This document shows positions 1 to 11,599 of a stretch of 64,000 nt of DNA, in pieces (position 1 is the first letter of the stretch; every line of letters begins with the position of its first letter). The notes below the pieces were generated by a model. It made no database searches. It worked only from the letters and a program-made list of their open reading frames with translations, and was not told the origin of the DNA. The stretch is from assembly GCA_002189035.1 (NCBI GenBank), contig NEEC01000019.1, positions 992,001 through 1,056,000 on the forward strand, in the 5' to 3' direction. The position numbers and the translations under genes were made by a program. The DNA is from Utricularia gibba. Lineage: Eukaryota > Plantae > Magnoliophyta.

Positions 1-259
1 TTCACCAGGTAGGCATCTTCCAACAGAATGAGGATTTAACATTAAGTGCTTGTGAAATGCGGAAAACATGATTCAGTTGATAGAATAAGCATCCTGGTGT
101 TAATAGGTTGGCGGAGACTCTTCCCTATTGCCTAACGTTCTCAACAAAATTAATCACAGGCGATTAGAAAAGAGAGGTTTGATCACCAGAGAATAAGCTT
201 TTAACGGTAGGCCATTCCAGTAAAAAAGCCATGTATGCATAGTGTTCGTGTGATTGTTT

Positions 260-3200
260 TTAAGACCCAGATCTTACACTAGAGAAAAAAAAAATCACGT
301 GATAGACAAAGGTTTCCAATAGAATGACTGCATCAGGATCAAATGAAAAATTGCAGAAAACAAGCACTTTAAGGAATTTGATGGCAGAAAGTCAACAGGG
401 TTTAACCTTATTGATGTCTGTAAAAGCCTTTTAGCCATATCAAGTTCATCCATAGCTTTAGAGCTATCTGTCTTAATCAGCTCATTTATGATTTGCCGTT
501 TACCCTTGGCAATGAAAAACCTAGTTGCAGCATTCTGCAAAGAGTAATGGTGATGATTACAATATTCACCTGATATCACATAATCAAAGAATAGTAACAC
601 AAGAAAAAGTACACTGAACCTGAATATGCTGATTAGGAAGAAGGCCTTTACGAGCATCGAGGCATCTGCAGAACAGAAAAACTGTTCTTCCTTAAACAAT
701 AACTGGTTTTCTTCCTCAAAAGCACTTATTTTCTACCTCTCTAAGAGTTCTTCAGCTTCCTTGAATTTCCCTGACGCTTGAATAGCTAGTGCCAGTTGTT
801 CAGCTGCAATATTAGTATCCATTGATCTCCACCCCTATATTGTAAAGTAATATTAAAACAATTGAAATGTAGAGGTGGAAACCAACTATTCAGTGTATAT
901 TCAGCATCGATTCAGGTGTTGGGAAGATTTCTAAAATAAATTAAAAATGATGATAGAAAAGTAAACCTTTGACAATTCCAAAATATGGAGAACCTTCCTG
1001 AGCAAGATCTCAGCCTGAGTAAATTTTTTGGTCCTAATGTACATCTGCATCCAGTAGAGTCACATTACAAGCTATTTAGGCACATCTGCTGATAGTTGTT
1101 CTCAGCCCCCATCAAAAGACACCAACAAAAGAAACACTCACAACATTAGAACCTAAAATTAATCAAATTCATGATAGTTGATATAGATGTTATTTCCTTT
1201 CCACTGCTTCCATTTCCACGTGCAAGTTTCTCGTACTCCCTATAACGTTCCCTTCATCTAAATAAACCCTTTTTTGCTTGACATGTAAGGCCTCTTATAA
1301 GCTAAAGAATAAAAATTATTATAAATTGCAAAAGGATAAACCTGACTCAGATATCTCATTCTTTTGACACATAACATAATTTCTCCTTGTCCTGCATCCT
1401 ACACTTCAAAGAAACGGAGTCATGGTGAAGTTGATTGCTTGACATGTCTGGCAGGTTAGAACTCGAATGAGCAACTCAATTAGTTTGATCACTTGACTGA
1501 TTTTTAAAAACAATAAATTGATTTTAATATATTTCGAAGCACCTCAAGTATACGAATGGAATTGAGAAGTAGATCCTCAGCTTCCTCAACATGCCCTTGG
1601 AGATTCAAAACCTGTAAATTTTGGGTTAGGCAAGAGGAACAAGTAGCAATAAATGGCCTCAAAAAACAAGGACCAATTAGATATCCACTCGTGATAGATG
1701 TATAGAATTTATGCTAGTCAATCCTCTATTTCAGAATTATTGAGAAAAAAAAATCAAACTGTTGTATGGCACTGGGACCATGAGTAGGCCACAAATATGA
1801 ACCTACAAATTTTGGTACTTACACACCCCAAGCGGTAGAGAGTATCCGCATAGTCAGCGTGCCCTTCCCCCAATATACGGCGCTTTATCTAAGGAATCAA
1901 ATTTTACAGAAAATCACATTTCGTCTTCATAATCAATTAAAATAAAAGATCCCATATCTTGTTACAAAAGAAAGACTCACCTTCACAGCCTTCTGCAGAA
2001 CATTAATTGTGAAAAGAGATTTCATCAGCATGTGAGAGAACTAAATGATAAAACTCCAAAAAGATAGAGATCTTAGAAAAACAGTCAGTACAGAAGTGCA
2101 AGAATGACATCCATCGATCGGGGGGTGGCTATGGGACATGAACAATAAAAAATACCAAGGGAAAAACTTATACAAAGGAAACAGTGGAAACGCTTAGAGA
2201 ACATTGTGAACAGTTTACGTTGTAAAAATAACCTCAAAGCATTTACGTGCTTTCCCGAACTCCCTCCGTAAAAGATAAAACTGACCAAAGTTATCAATGG
2301 CTGCCCCAACTCTGGATACACAGATAAGACAGCATAAATCAGCTATGAGATTGTAACACTATATGAAAGAGAACGTGGAAAATAACCTTATATCATCTTC
2401 TCCAAAGTTTTCCTCAAGTATCTTTATTGCCTCAATATATAATGGTTCAGCAGCATCAAAGTCCTTTTTGACCCTTAAAAGCTCAGCCTGTAATCATGGG
2501 GTGGCCAACCATCGCTTAAATAAACAAAACAGTAAAAAACACAACCATTTTCAAAATAAGATTGCATAGATGCACTGTAAAAAATTCTTTAGCATTCAAT
2601 AGTAAAAGAAAAACAAAAACTTTGTTCTGAGGAAAAAGTAACTAACAGAATCCCACAAAGAGATTGCAATTCACCAAGGTTTACACAAGTCGTGTACTCA
2701 CTAAGATGCCAAGTTAAATAAGAAAAAAATACCAAGTTGTTGTATGCAGCAGCAACGTGAGGATCCCTTTCTCCAAAACCCTCCTTAGCTTCTTGCAGTG
2801 CAGACCTGAAAAACTTCTCAGCTTGCTCAGCATTTCCCTATATAAATATGAAACACTATGAAAAGTAAATCCAAGGAAATAACTTGCCTAGACCAACAGA
2901 AACAAATATCCAGATGAATTAAAAAGTAAAAACCCTTGCCCGCATAAAATAATCCCTTCCACTGTCGGTGAAAATTCTCCATTTGGACGTGTGTTCATTT
3001 GATATCACCGAACCATCGTCAACATAATGCAAGATGCCAGAATCAACAACATCGTCCTCTTTTCTGAAGCGTGGGTCAGTGGGAGTATCTTCAGCTAAGG
3101 AAGGCAATGAACACCCTCCAAGAATGACTGCAGAAAGCAGGATGTTGATAACTCAATGGCCTCGTATCATATTACAGGAAAAATGTAAACGCCTATCACG

Positions 3201-3745
3201 TGTTTATATGGTTAATCTGCTAGCCTCCCAAAACACACATACACTGTTAAAGTGAAGATTCCAAGTTCGAAAAATCTTGTCTAGAGCAAAATCGGGGAAT
3301 GTAGAGCAAATCCTAAAGCAATTTTACAGCAATTAATCACTTCAAAAACCAAAGGAAACGAATGTTGACTTCATTTGGACGTATACGAAATGGAACCAGG
3401 CTCAAGTAACAGAGAGCAATCATAGTTAACGATAAAACTGACGAACACCAACCAGCCTGTCCAGAGAGAAAACCCCATTGAATAATTTTCCACCGGTTGC
3501 TGCATCTATGACCTCCAAAATTGCTTTCACCGCAAAGAATCAATCTTTCTGGAAGAATATACACACAATCATACTCCGTGGTCAACAAAGATCATCCACT
3601 TATCAGAAACGAATGAAGATTTATCATGACCCCGAAACCTCAATTCTGAATATTGAGATCACAACTTATCACCTGTTTTATGCTGAAAATTGCAAATTTT
3701 GCTCATTCCCTGGCGCAGCCTACAGACAGCTTGTCTTAAAAACAT
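260..3745 (-). CDS. Multi-exon TPR protein of the kinesin-light-chain/nephrocystin-3-like type, probably organelle-targeted
   Basis: Exons joined by GT-AG introns translate to MFLRQAVCRLRQGMSK..., WRIFTDSGRDYF, GNAEQAEKFFRSALQEAKEGFGERDPHVAAAYNNL and AELLRVKKDFDAAEPLYIEAIKILEENFGEDD, which are KLC-type TPR repeats. The 3' end (TAA 260-262 after an acceptor near 280) is uncertain. Confidence 0.75.
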
Positions 3746-3904
3746 AGTTCCCTCTGTTCAAATTTACACACAAACCACTCAAAATCTATTCCGAGACCCA
3801 GTACACGAATCAAAATTCCCCCACTGCCAATACAATATGCGCCAATGTTCTTGCATGAAATTCTGGATGCTTCAAGGGAATGAATAGGGCAAAATTCATT
3901 TCCA

Positions 3905-3976
3905 CTCCCTCAAGTTCAGTTAATCTGTTTTACGCTCCCTCAAGTTCAGTTAATCTGTTTTACGCTCCCTCAAGTT
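3905..3976. repeat. 30-bp tandem repeat, 2.4 copies
   Basis: ctccctcaagttcagttaatctgttttacg occurs exactly at 3905-3934 and 3935-3964, with a partial copy at 3965-3976. Confidence 0.95.
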
Positions 3977-4236
3977 TCCTAAAATACAACATGGTACGGG
4001 CCTTTTTAATAAATAAAAAAAACCTGGATTGAAATCGTTATTTAATGGGGAACGTCAAATGTATATCTTCAACTCCCTTTCTCTCTCTCAGGTTCATAAA
4101 ACGTATTGTTCTGGAATTCCATCATTGCTGACAGGTTTCTTCTGAATTCAATTCAGTTTCGGTGGTGATTCACTCCTGGTAGAACATCTGAATTGCGTTC
4201 GGCCGGTGAGTGTTGAAGCCACCGTCTGATCGAACG

Positions 4237-6408
4237 ATGATGGAAGATTTAGAACCCAGTATCAGGTACGGTGTTGATACGAATACGTTTGATGAAGATC
4301 GTTTTTGTTGGCTTTGGAATTGTATATGCGTAGGCTTTTGTTGATTTCATTGTTATATGCGATCGAAAACAGTTTTTTTTTTTTTTTTTTTTTTTTTGTT
4401 GCGGTTCTGATTATGTGTATCAACTCCTGTTTGTTTCTGAAAGCAGTTTCTTTTTTTCGGAAACTGGTTTGATGGCAATGTTTTTGCAGTTCGGATGGTG
4501 AAGCTGATGAGATACGGGTGAAGAAGGGCTAGACGAAAAAGATGTAAGTGATGAGGAGATTGAGGCCGAGGAGTTGAAGAAAAGAATGTGGAAGGACCGC
4601 GTGAAGCTATGGAGGATCAAGGAAAGGAAAAAGCTTGCCCTTCAGGAAGCTTCAGAAAAGCAGAAGAGCAAGCCTACAGACCAGGCATCTCGAAAGAAGA
4701 TGGCACGAGCACAAGACGGTATTTTGAGATACATGTTGAAGCTAATGGAAGTTTGCAAGGCTCGAGGATTTGTGTACGGCATCATTCCGGACAAGGGTAA
4801 ACCTGTAGGGGGGCATCGGATAATCTTAGAGCTTGGTGGAAGGAGAAGGTGAAGTTCGACAAAAATGGACTTGCAGCTATAGCCAAATATGAAGCTGAAT
4901 GCCTTTTGAAAGAAGATGGAGAAGACAACAATGGACACTCACAGAATATACTCAAGGATTTACAGGATGCCACACTGGGATCACTTCTGTCTTCGTTGAT
5001 GCAACACTGTGATCCACCCCAGAGGAAATATCCACTGGAAAAGGGTATTCCACCACCTTGGTGGCCTACGGGCAACGAGGGATGGTGGACAAGGCTAGGT
5101 CTACCTGTGGGGCAGATTCCTCCTTACAAGAAGCCTCATGATCTGAAGAAGATGTGGAAAGTAGGAGTTCTAACTGCTGTAATTAAGCATATGTCACCAG
5201 ATATTGCGAAAATGAGAAGACTAGTCAGGCAGTCCAAGTGTTTGCAGGATAAGATGACCGCAAAGGAAACCTCTGTGTGGCTGACTGTTTTAAGCCGGGA
5301 AGAAGCCTTGATCCGGCAACCTAGCTATGAAAATGGTTCATCTGGAATCAGTGAAGCACCTCCGAAGTCTAGTGGACGTAAGAAGAAACCACCTGTTGAA
5401 AGTGGTAGTGATTATGAGGCTGAAGATGGTGGTTGTGGCTTGGGATCTGTATCACCTAAAAATGAAAGGAGAAATCAATCAGCGAATAGGAATCCTTGCG
5501 AGGAAGTGCCGTCGTCTGCTACAGAAAAGGGAAAAAAACATGGTGAGCGACAAAGGAAACGCAAACTTCCAAAATCAAATGCTACCCAAGCCACACCTGG
5601 TGCATCCCGGAAGAAACATGCACGTGGTGATAATGGTTCTGTTATGGATGAACATCAACATTCTTTAACAGGAGTCCCTGGGTACATGATGACCAGTCCG
5701 CTGAATGAAACCAATAAAATAGCATCAGCTATGCACGGCAGTGATCAGGAACATGCCAACTTGGAAGAATCTAATACTAATGTCCTCTCCCAGTTTCTAT
5801 CAACTAATGCCACCTCTGTTCCAAGCGAAGATCACTCCAACCGGCACCTCCCTTTTCCAGGCATTCATGGTTCTGAAACTGATCCTAACCCAATCCAAAT
5901 GCCTCAAGGTAATGTCTTGCATGGTCAGCTACGTAATCCCCATTCACAGGGAAACACTCAGAGTACTGTAATGGATCATGGTCTTCAAGGCAGCAGTTTA
6001 CACTACGAGCCTTTGCATGGAATTCCTCCATGGAAATGTGGCTTACAAGAGTCAGCAGTGCCACCAGGAACCCACAGTTCTATGTATTCACATGGATCAA
6101 GTAATCACCAGCTCGGTTCAAGTACTGAAGGTGTTTTAGCAGGGCTCTCAGCAGGAGTAGCTGAGTTTCCACATAGGCACGAGGACATTGCTACGCCAGG
6201 AAGCTTCCCTCATCATGCGAAGGATGCACTTCCAAAAGAGCCTGTGGAGAATCAGTTTCCATCCCCCTTCAAAACTTTGTCCCCTGAGTTTCCAGGGTTC
6301 GGTGCATTCGATCTTCCATTTGGTGGTGGCAGTTTATTAGGCCTCGATTTCGCTGTTGACGTCAGCCCTATCGATGTTGATTATTTGATGGAGTACTTTG
6401 CTTCGTAA
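4237..6408 (+). CDS. EIL3: EIN3-like transcription factor, EIL3/SLIM1 clade; two -1 frameshifts as written
   Basis: Exon 1 is 4237-4265 ([10 protein letters not shown]) and the intron is 4266-4489. Exon 2 encodes [118 protein letters not shown] and [13 protein letters not shown]. The frame breaks at G runs 4516-4518 and 4808-4813. Confidence 0.85.
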
Positions 6409-6637
6409 GTAAAGGAAGCACTGCTAGCTTATGTGCTTCAGGTTCTGGCTGATGAGATTTGGTGTTCACCAGAACAAGCCATGTCCTTTAGGTGCTCATA
6501 TTTTTATACAATGCAGTTTATGTTGCATTGCTAAGGCAGTTTTTGCTCATTGGAGAAGATGGCCATTGCCTCTGTAATCTGTTTAGAACAGTTTTCCTCT
6601 GGACAGAGATGCATGCCTCACCATTTTTATGTACTTA

Positions 6638-8164
6638 TTATATCTGCGCTTGACTCCGGGTCGGACGCGGGGACGCGTCCTTCTTCTGCTTCCATGAGAA
6701 TGCAGCGGCGAAGAATTCCTGGACAGCATGAACTGATGATCCACTGTGAGTTTCCCCTTCTCTAATGGCGTTTGCTATAATTTGTTTTATCTCGATGGCT
6801 CTTCTTCTGATCTCTGCTCCGGTGTCTCCCATCACAAATTCAATCTTTTTCAGTATTTCCTCCGGTGGGATGTCGAAACTCGTCCCACGCGCCACCTCAA
6901 CGCAGACGCCGGCGAATTGCACGAGGAAGTGTGAGTTGTAAAACTGGTCGGCGCCCATCGGCCACCCGATCACCGGCACGCCGTGTTTCAGAGTTTCCAG
7001 CACCGAGTTCCAGCCGCAATGGCTGATGAACGCACCGATGGATTTGTGGCCTAGAATCTCTAACTGCGGCGCCCATTTGCTGACGATCAGCCCTCGTTCT
7101 TCGGATTTCGTCCGCTCTAGGAAATCCTCCGGCAGCCATTCCTCCGGCACGAAATCGGCGTTCATGTGAAACCCCAACGGCGGCCGCACCACCCAGATGA
7201 AATTCCGGCGGCTGGCGTCTAAGGCTTTGGCCAGCTTCACAATCTGTGAAGCCGGGATGGCGCTTTGCGATCCGAAGGAAATGTAAATCACTGAATTTTC
7301 CTCCTTTTTGTCGAGGAAATCGATGCATTTCTCCAGACTAATCGTCGTCCTTCTCCACGTTCTCGCTCGATCTTCCTGCGACAGCAGCAAGGGACCGATT
7401 GCGAAAACTGGGATTTTCAGTCGGCGTTGAAAATACTCAATTCCTTGGCCGTCAATTTCTTCAACTGTGTTCAGTAGAAGAGCACGGGAGTGCGACGCCG
7501 CCGCAAAATTCTGGCGCTGGAAATCCGCCATCGGGTCGTCATTGCCGCCGAGCAACATCCCCCGAGTGAGCTGCGTAGCATGAATTTTACCGGCCTCTGG
7601 AAAATCCGGTAGCAGGAACTCGACGCTGTCGGTGAATTTATGCGGCAAATTCAACCAAGTGGAGCAGTAGCACGCCATCCCAAATCCTCCTGTAGCGCTG
7701 AACACCGAATTGAAGATACCCAATTCGTCGGCGGTTTCCACCGCCCATCCTAAGAAGATATCGGCAACAATAAACAGCGGTTTCTGCCCACCGGAATTTT
7801 GAATAAGATCCGAGAGGAGTCTCTGGAAGGGAAGCTGCAGAGAAGTAGTGGCTTCAAGAAAGGAAACCATGAGATTGTAGGGAAGAAAGTCGGCGGTCTC
7901 GGTCCCCGGAGGCAGACCATGAGCAGCTGCGTCGAAAGGCAGGTCAAGGAAGCGGACGCCGGCGGAGGACGGCGGAAAGGATCTTTTCAGGGTCAAGATG
8001 TTGGCAGGGGTGTTGACGAAGACGGTGTGACAGCCCTTGGATTGGATGAGTTGGGATAAAGCGATGAATGGGATGAAGTGGCCCTCCGACATGAAAGGGA
8101 ATAGCACGGCGTAGTTCTTCGTCTCCGGCGACTTCCCCTGCCGTAAAAATGTGAGGAACTCCAT
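6638..8164 (-). CDS. Family-1 UDP-glycosyltransferase, UGT92-like, intronless
   Basis: 508-aa ORF with N-terminal LFPFMSEGHFIPF (catalytic His) and PSPG box WAPQLEILGHKSIGAFISHCGWNSVLETLKHGVPVIGWPMGADQ. Confidence 0.95.
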   Translation of the reverse strand: MEFLTFLRQGKSPETKNYAVLFPFMSEGHFIPFIALSQLIQSKGCHTVFVNTPANILTLKRSFPPSSAGVRFLDLPFDAAAHGLPPGTETADFLPYNLMVSFLEATTSLQLPFQRLLSDLIQNSGGQKPLFIVADIFLGWAVETADELGIFNSVFSATGGFGMACYCSTWLNLPHKFTDSVEFLLPDFPEAGKIHATQLTRGMLLGGNDDPMADFQRQNFAAASHSRALLLNTVEEIDGQGIEYFQRRLKIPVFAIGPLLLSQEDRARTWRRTTISLEKCIDFLDKKEENSVIYISFGSQSAIPASQIVKLAKALDASRRNFIWVVRPPLGFHMNADFVPEEWLPEDFLERTKSEERGLIVSKWAPQLEILGHKSIGAFISHCGWNSVLETLKHGVPVIGWPMGADQFYNSHFLVQFAGVCVEVARGTSFDIPPEEILKKIEFVMGDTGAEIRRRAIEIKQIIANAIREGETHSGSSVHAVQEFFAAAFSWKQKKDASPRPTRSQAQI

Positions 8165-8610
8165 CGGTAACAGCGCCGCCCGATCTGATCACACGGGAAG
8201 AATAATTGTAAATAGAATTCCCCAGAACATCGATGGGGACACCCACACCATTTTATCTAATAATAAAAAAAAACTTATTTAAAATAATAGATATACATAT
8301 TAATTCTTTTAGAGAAAAAATTATATCATTTTAATACATAATGGATCCAATTTCCAACGGTGTCAAAAATTACACGTATTTCATAATTTGGAAAAAAAAT
8401 CCATTTATTTAGCTAATTTCATCTGTGGTGGTCCCTACCAAAAAAAAAAAAAAAAAAACAAGAAGACACTTGATTAAACACGAGTTTTTCTCGTTTTGTT
8501 TTTTTAAACACAGAACCTTGCACTTGAAGTGGTTCATGAAGCACAGGTCCCGGAAATACAAGAATCTTCAACGGGAGGAAGGACACATCCTTTAGGTGCG
8601 GTTCCAGGGG

Positions 8611-10226
8611 CTAGAGACCGGTACCGAACCACACGAGCCCCGGTTCACGGCGTCGTCCGGCAACCGGCACGACAGGGCCAAGAAAGATGCGCCAAAGGTC
8701 GAGTATGATGGTAACCAGCATGGCTGCACCTAAAGCATCGATGGCCACTCTTGGCAAGTCCCATTTTATGCCAGGCTTCTCATCGATTCTGCTTGTTTTG
8801 CATCATGCAAAGTGGTGTCAAAGCCATGATCAGCTAATGGAAGATAATGGGAAGTAAATATAGGCAACCCATGTTAAGCACAGCAAGAAGGGAGCTGGAT
8901 TCTGAGATCCTGCCCTGTCTGTGAGAGGTGAAAAAGGGGGTACCTTAGGAACATGGGGAAGCTGACGAAGAAGTAGATTGCATAGAACAAGGAGCCGACT
9001 TTGTACATTGCTTCTCTGTCCACAAAGTCGTAGTAAGGGAACTGTGGATAACACAAGAATAAGCTCAGTCAAAAAGGGAGTGGTTCAGCTTCAGAGCACT
9101 TGCAATGGTAGCTTAATGAAGAACAAATTACATTAGAAATAGCCAAGGTCTCCATGTATGCCACGAGATATGAAAGGGCAAGAACCCAAGCAGCTTTGAA
9201 AAGCCACTGGAGTTTCTTTGGCACATCAACTAGTAAATGCTCGAGCCTACGCAGTGTGATATTTGATACAACATGGTAAAATAGGAAGCACACATGCGTC
9301 AAGAGAAAAGTAGTGTGTGGAACCTGAACAGAAGCAACATGATCAGAATTGTTTGTAAATGATGAATGAATCTGTAAAAGTAGAGGTTGTTCAAGATGAA
9401 GGTCTAACATCATTCATCTTCCATGATGGGAATGCATAAGCCGCGCCAAGGACAGTGAAGAAATAATGGGTCCAGAAGTAGTTCCCAACATAGCTGAAGA
9501 GCACGATCCACACATTTGCCTGAAAGGGCAAGCCAAAGACTCACTAATACCAGTATGTTGAAAATATCATGAATATATATCATCCAATTTGAAAGAAACA
9601 GAGCATACTTTCACCCAGTATCGGTCCTTCAAGTCCAACTTCTTGTCTGCCTGAAAAAGATTCATAGGAATCAAATGTTGTTGAAGTTTGTATCACTCGG
9701 TTCTTTCCCATGTACCATTTACCATGGCAGTATCCTAAAATGCTTACCTTACCAACAAGAACAAGAGGTGCAAGGAAAGCGGGAAGCGCAGAAACAAGGC
9801 CCAGTATTAAATACTCCAACTCCGTGAATTTCTGAAAATGAACCCTTGAAAAAACAAGTCACCAACTTCCAAACACTAAACATTCAAAAACTGAATCAAC
9901 AGTGGATCCAGCCCCTTTCAGTCCTAAAAATCGAAACATGAGTCCTCACAGAGCAAAAGGATTACAAAATACCTCATAAAGTTTGAATGGAACAACAATG
10001 CCAAGGCTAAGTGTCAGCCAGAAAGGCGTGTACAGAAGAAAAAACACTTCACCCCATCTCTTGCTAGGGTTCTCTGCAAACCAAAGACTCGGAATCGCGG
10101 CACCCACTTCAGCTTCTGAAAATTCAAAATCATCTCAAACGCTGATGCAACCAACCGTATTACATACTCCGGTAATTTTCTTTTCCAACAGCAAATGAGT
10201 CGTTGTCTGATAATCTTACCGGCCAT
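8611..10226 (-). CDS. CPI1: Cycloeucalenol cycloisomerase (sterol biosynthesis)
   Basis: Exons give SLWFAENPSKRWGEVFFLLYTPFWLTL, FTELEYLILGLVSALPAF, DRYWVK, FSYVGNYFWTHYFFTVLGA, VPHTTFLLTHVCFLFYH, FPYYDFVDREAMYKVGSLFYAIYFFVSFPMF and WDLPRVAIDALGAAMLVTIILDLWRIFLGP. The first exon is 7 nt (ATGGCCG, 10220-10226). Confidence 0.93.
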
Positions 10227-10868
10227 TCCTGAATCGTGGTGGCGGTCAAAAGAGCACCACCACACGGAAAAAGAATTCACTAAAATACACAGATTTCCAC
10301 AGCTGGGACGGGACGGCACAGCGCCACTTTGCAACTACACCTCTCTCTTTCCCATTCAACATTTTTTTTTAAAAAAAATACAAAAATCATTGTACGGTAA
10401 AGAATTTATTCTCAGTTTGCAGAGCCGAGGCTCAGACAAAAAAAAAGAATATGAAAATGTAATATTATTTTTGCCTAATAATTAAATAATAGACGTGGCA
10501 CTCTGTCGTTCCAAGTAGCCAACACATGAGCCTCATGATCGATTGCCTTAAAATATTTACACGTCAATTATAATATTTTTTATTCAATCTAATAAAGAAA
10601 ATCAATTTAAAAATATAAGTAAAATGAAAATGGAGCAATCGGTTTTGCTTTTGTGATTATTTGGTAAGAGTACTTATGCGATATTATTTATATTTATTGG
10701 TTACTTGTTTTATTTGTTCTCCCATTTGATAACCGCCTCAGAGGGCACGCCCAATGTCCGAATCGTAAAGAAACCCCTTCGGATTCGCTTACCGTCTGCG
10801 TTTTCGGCCTTTTTTATCTCGACGTCGTTGAAGAAATCAAATCCGAGTACCAGATCGGAATCACGCGG

Positions 10869-11303
10869 ATGGCTCAGAAGCGAGAAAAGGAGGGGACGGA
10901 GCTCAAGGTTCCGGAGACCGTAGCTATGTGCACGCCGCTGCCTCCGATTTCAGCGCCGCCGTCTCAATCGCCCATCGTTAGGCCGCAGGAGACATCAGAT
11001 CCGGAGGTACCCGTCGCTCCTCCAGCAAGAACGGCCTCTGCTTCTTTACCCGGGGAACCAGATCTGGAGCTCCAGCCGCGATCGGGTACAAAAAGACCGA
11101 GGGAGGTGAATCGATGTTCCGGATCGGGTTGCCGGAAGCGGATCGGGCTTATGGGATTCAGGTGCCGGTGCGGAGACGTGTTCTGTTCCGAACATCGGTA
11201 CTCGGATCGCCACGACTGCAGCTACGATTACAAGGCTGCGGGGCGTGAGGCGATCGCTCGGGAGAATCCGGTGGTCAGAGCGGCGAAGCTCTCTAAGGTT
11301 TGA
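10869..11303 (+). CDS. AN1 zinc-finger stress-associated protein (SAP5-like, A20 finger absent)
   Basis: Intronless 144-aa ORF. The C-terminus [60 protein letters not shown] is a canonical AN1 finger, and the N-terminus is [14 protein letters not shown]. Confidence 0.9.
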   Translation: MAQKREKEGTELKVPETVAMCTPLPPISAPPSQSPIVRPQETSDPEVPVAPPARTASASLPGEPDLELQPRSGTKRPREVNRCSGSGCRKRIGLMGFRCRCGDVFCSEHRYSDRHDCSYDYKAAGREAIARENPVVRAAKLSKV

Positions 11304-11599
11304 CGTGAAAAGAAAGCGATCTTCATCGGTGGAGGTTGAGGAGGGCGTTGGATTGGCTTGTTGCAAATCTGGATAGAACCTCATGGGTGTTACGTCATTT
11401 CCAAAGCATAATTTCACGTTGATTTAATGATGAATCTTCTCGTCTTCTGCTCTATTGAGAAACAGTTCGCAACAAATCGAATCAAAAGCTGCGATCGGAA
11501 TGTTTCCACAACGAACGCGTCAATTTCACTCATCCACGCCCAAAAAAGAGGTCAAAGCTCCCCCCCTGCGTCAAGTGGCAGCTCATAGTTTCGTCTAAT

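Noticed and set aside
6897-8246. Overlapping ORFs of 100-143 aa around UGT92
   Set aside because: Alternative-frame or antisense shadows of a GC-rich coding sequence with no recognisable motifs.
6638-10226. UGT92 next to CPI1 as a sterol/triterpene glycoside biosynthetic cluster
   Set aside because: CPI1 is a single-copy primary sterol enzyme, there is no oxidosqualene cyclase or P450 nearby, and adjacency is expected by chance at this gene density.
10220-10226. 7-nt first coding exon of CPI1 as a novelty
   Set aside because: Micro first exons carrying the start codon are common in plants and the splice sites are canonical.
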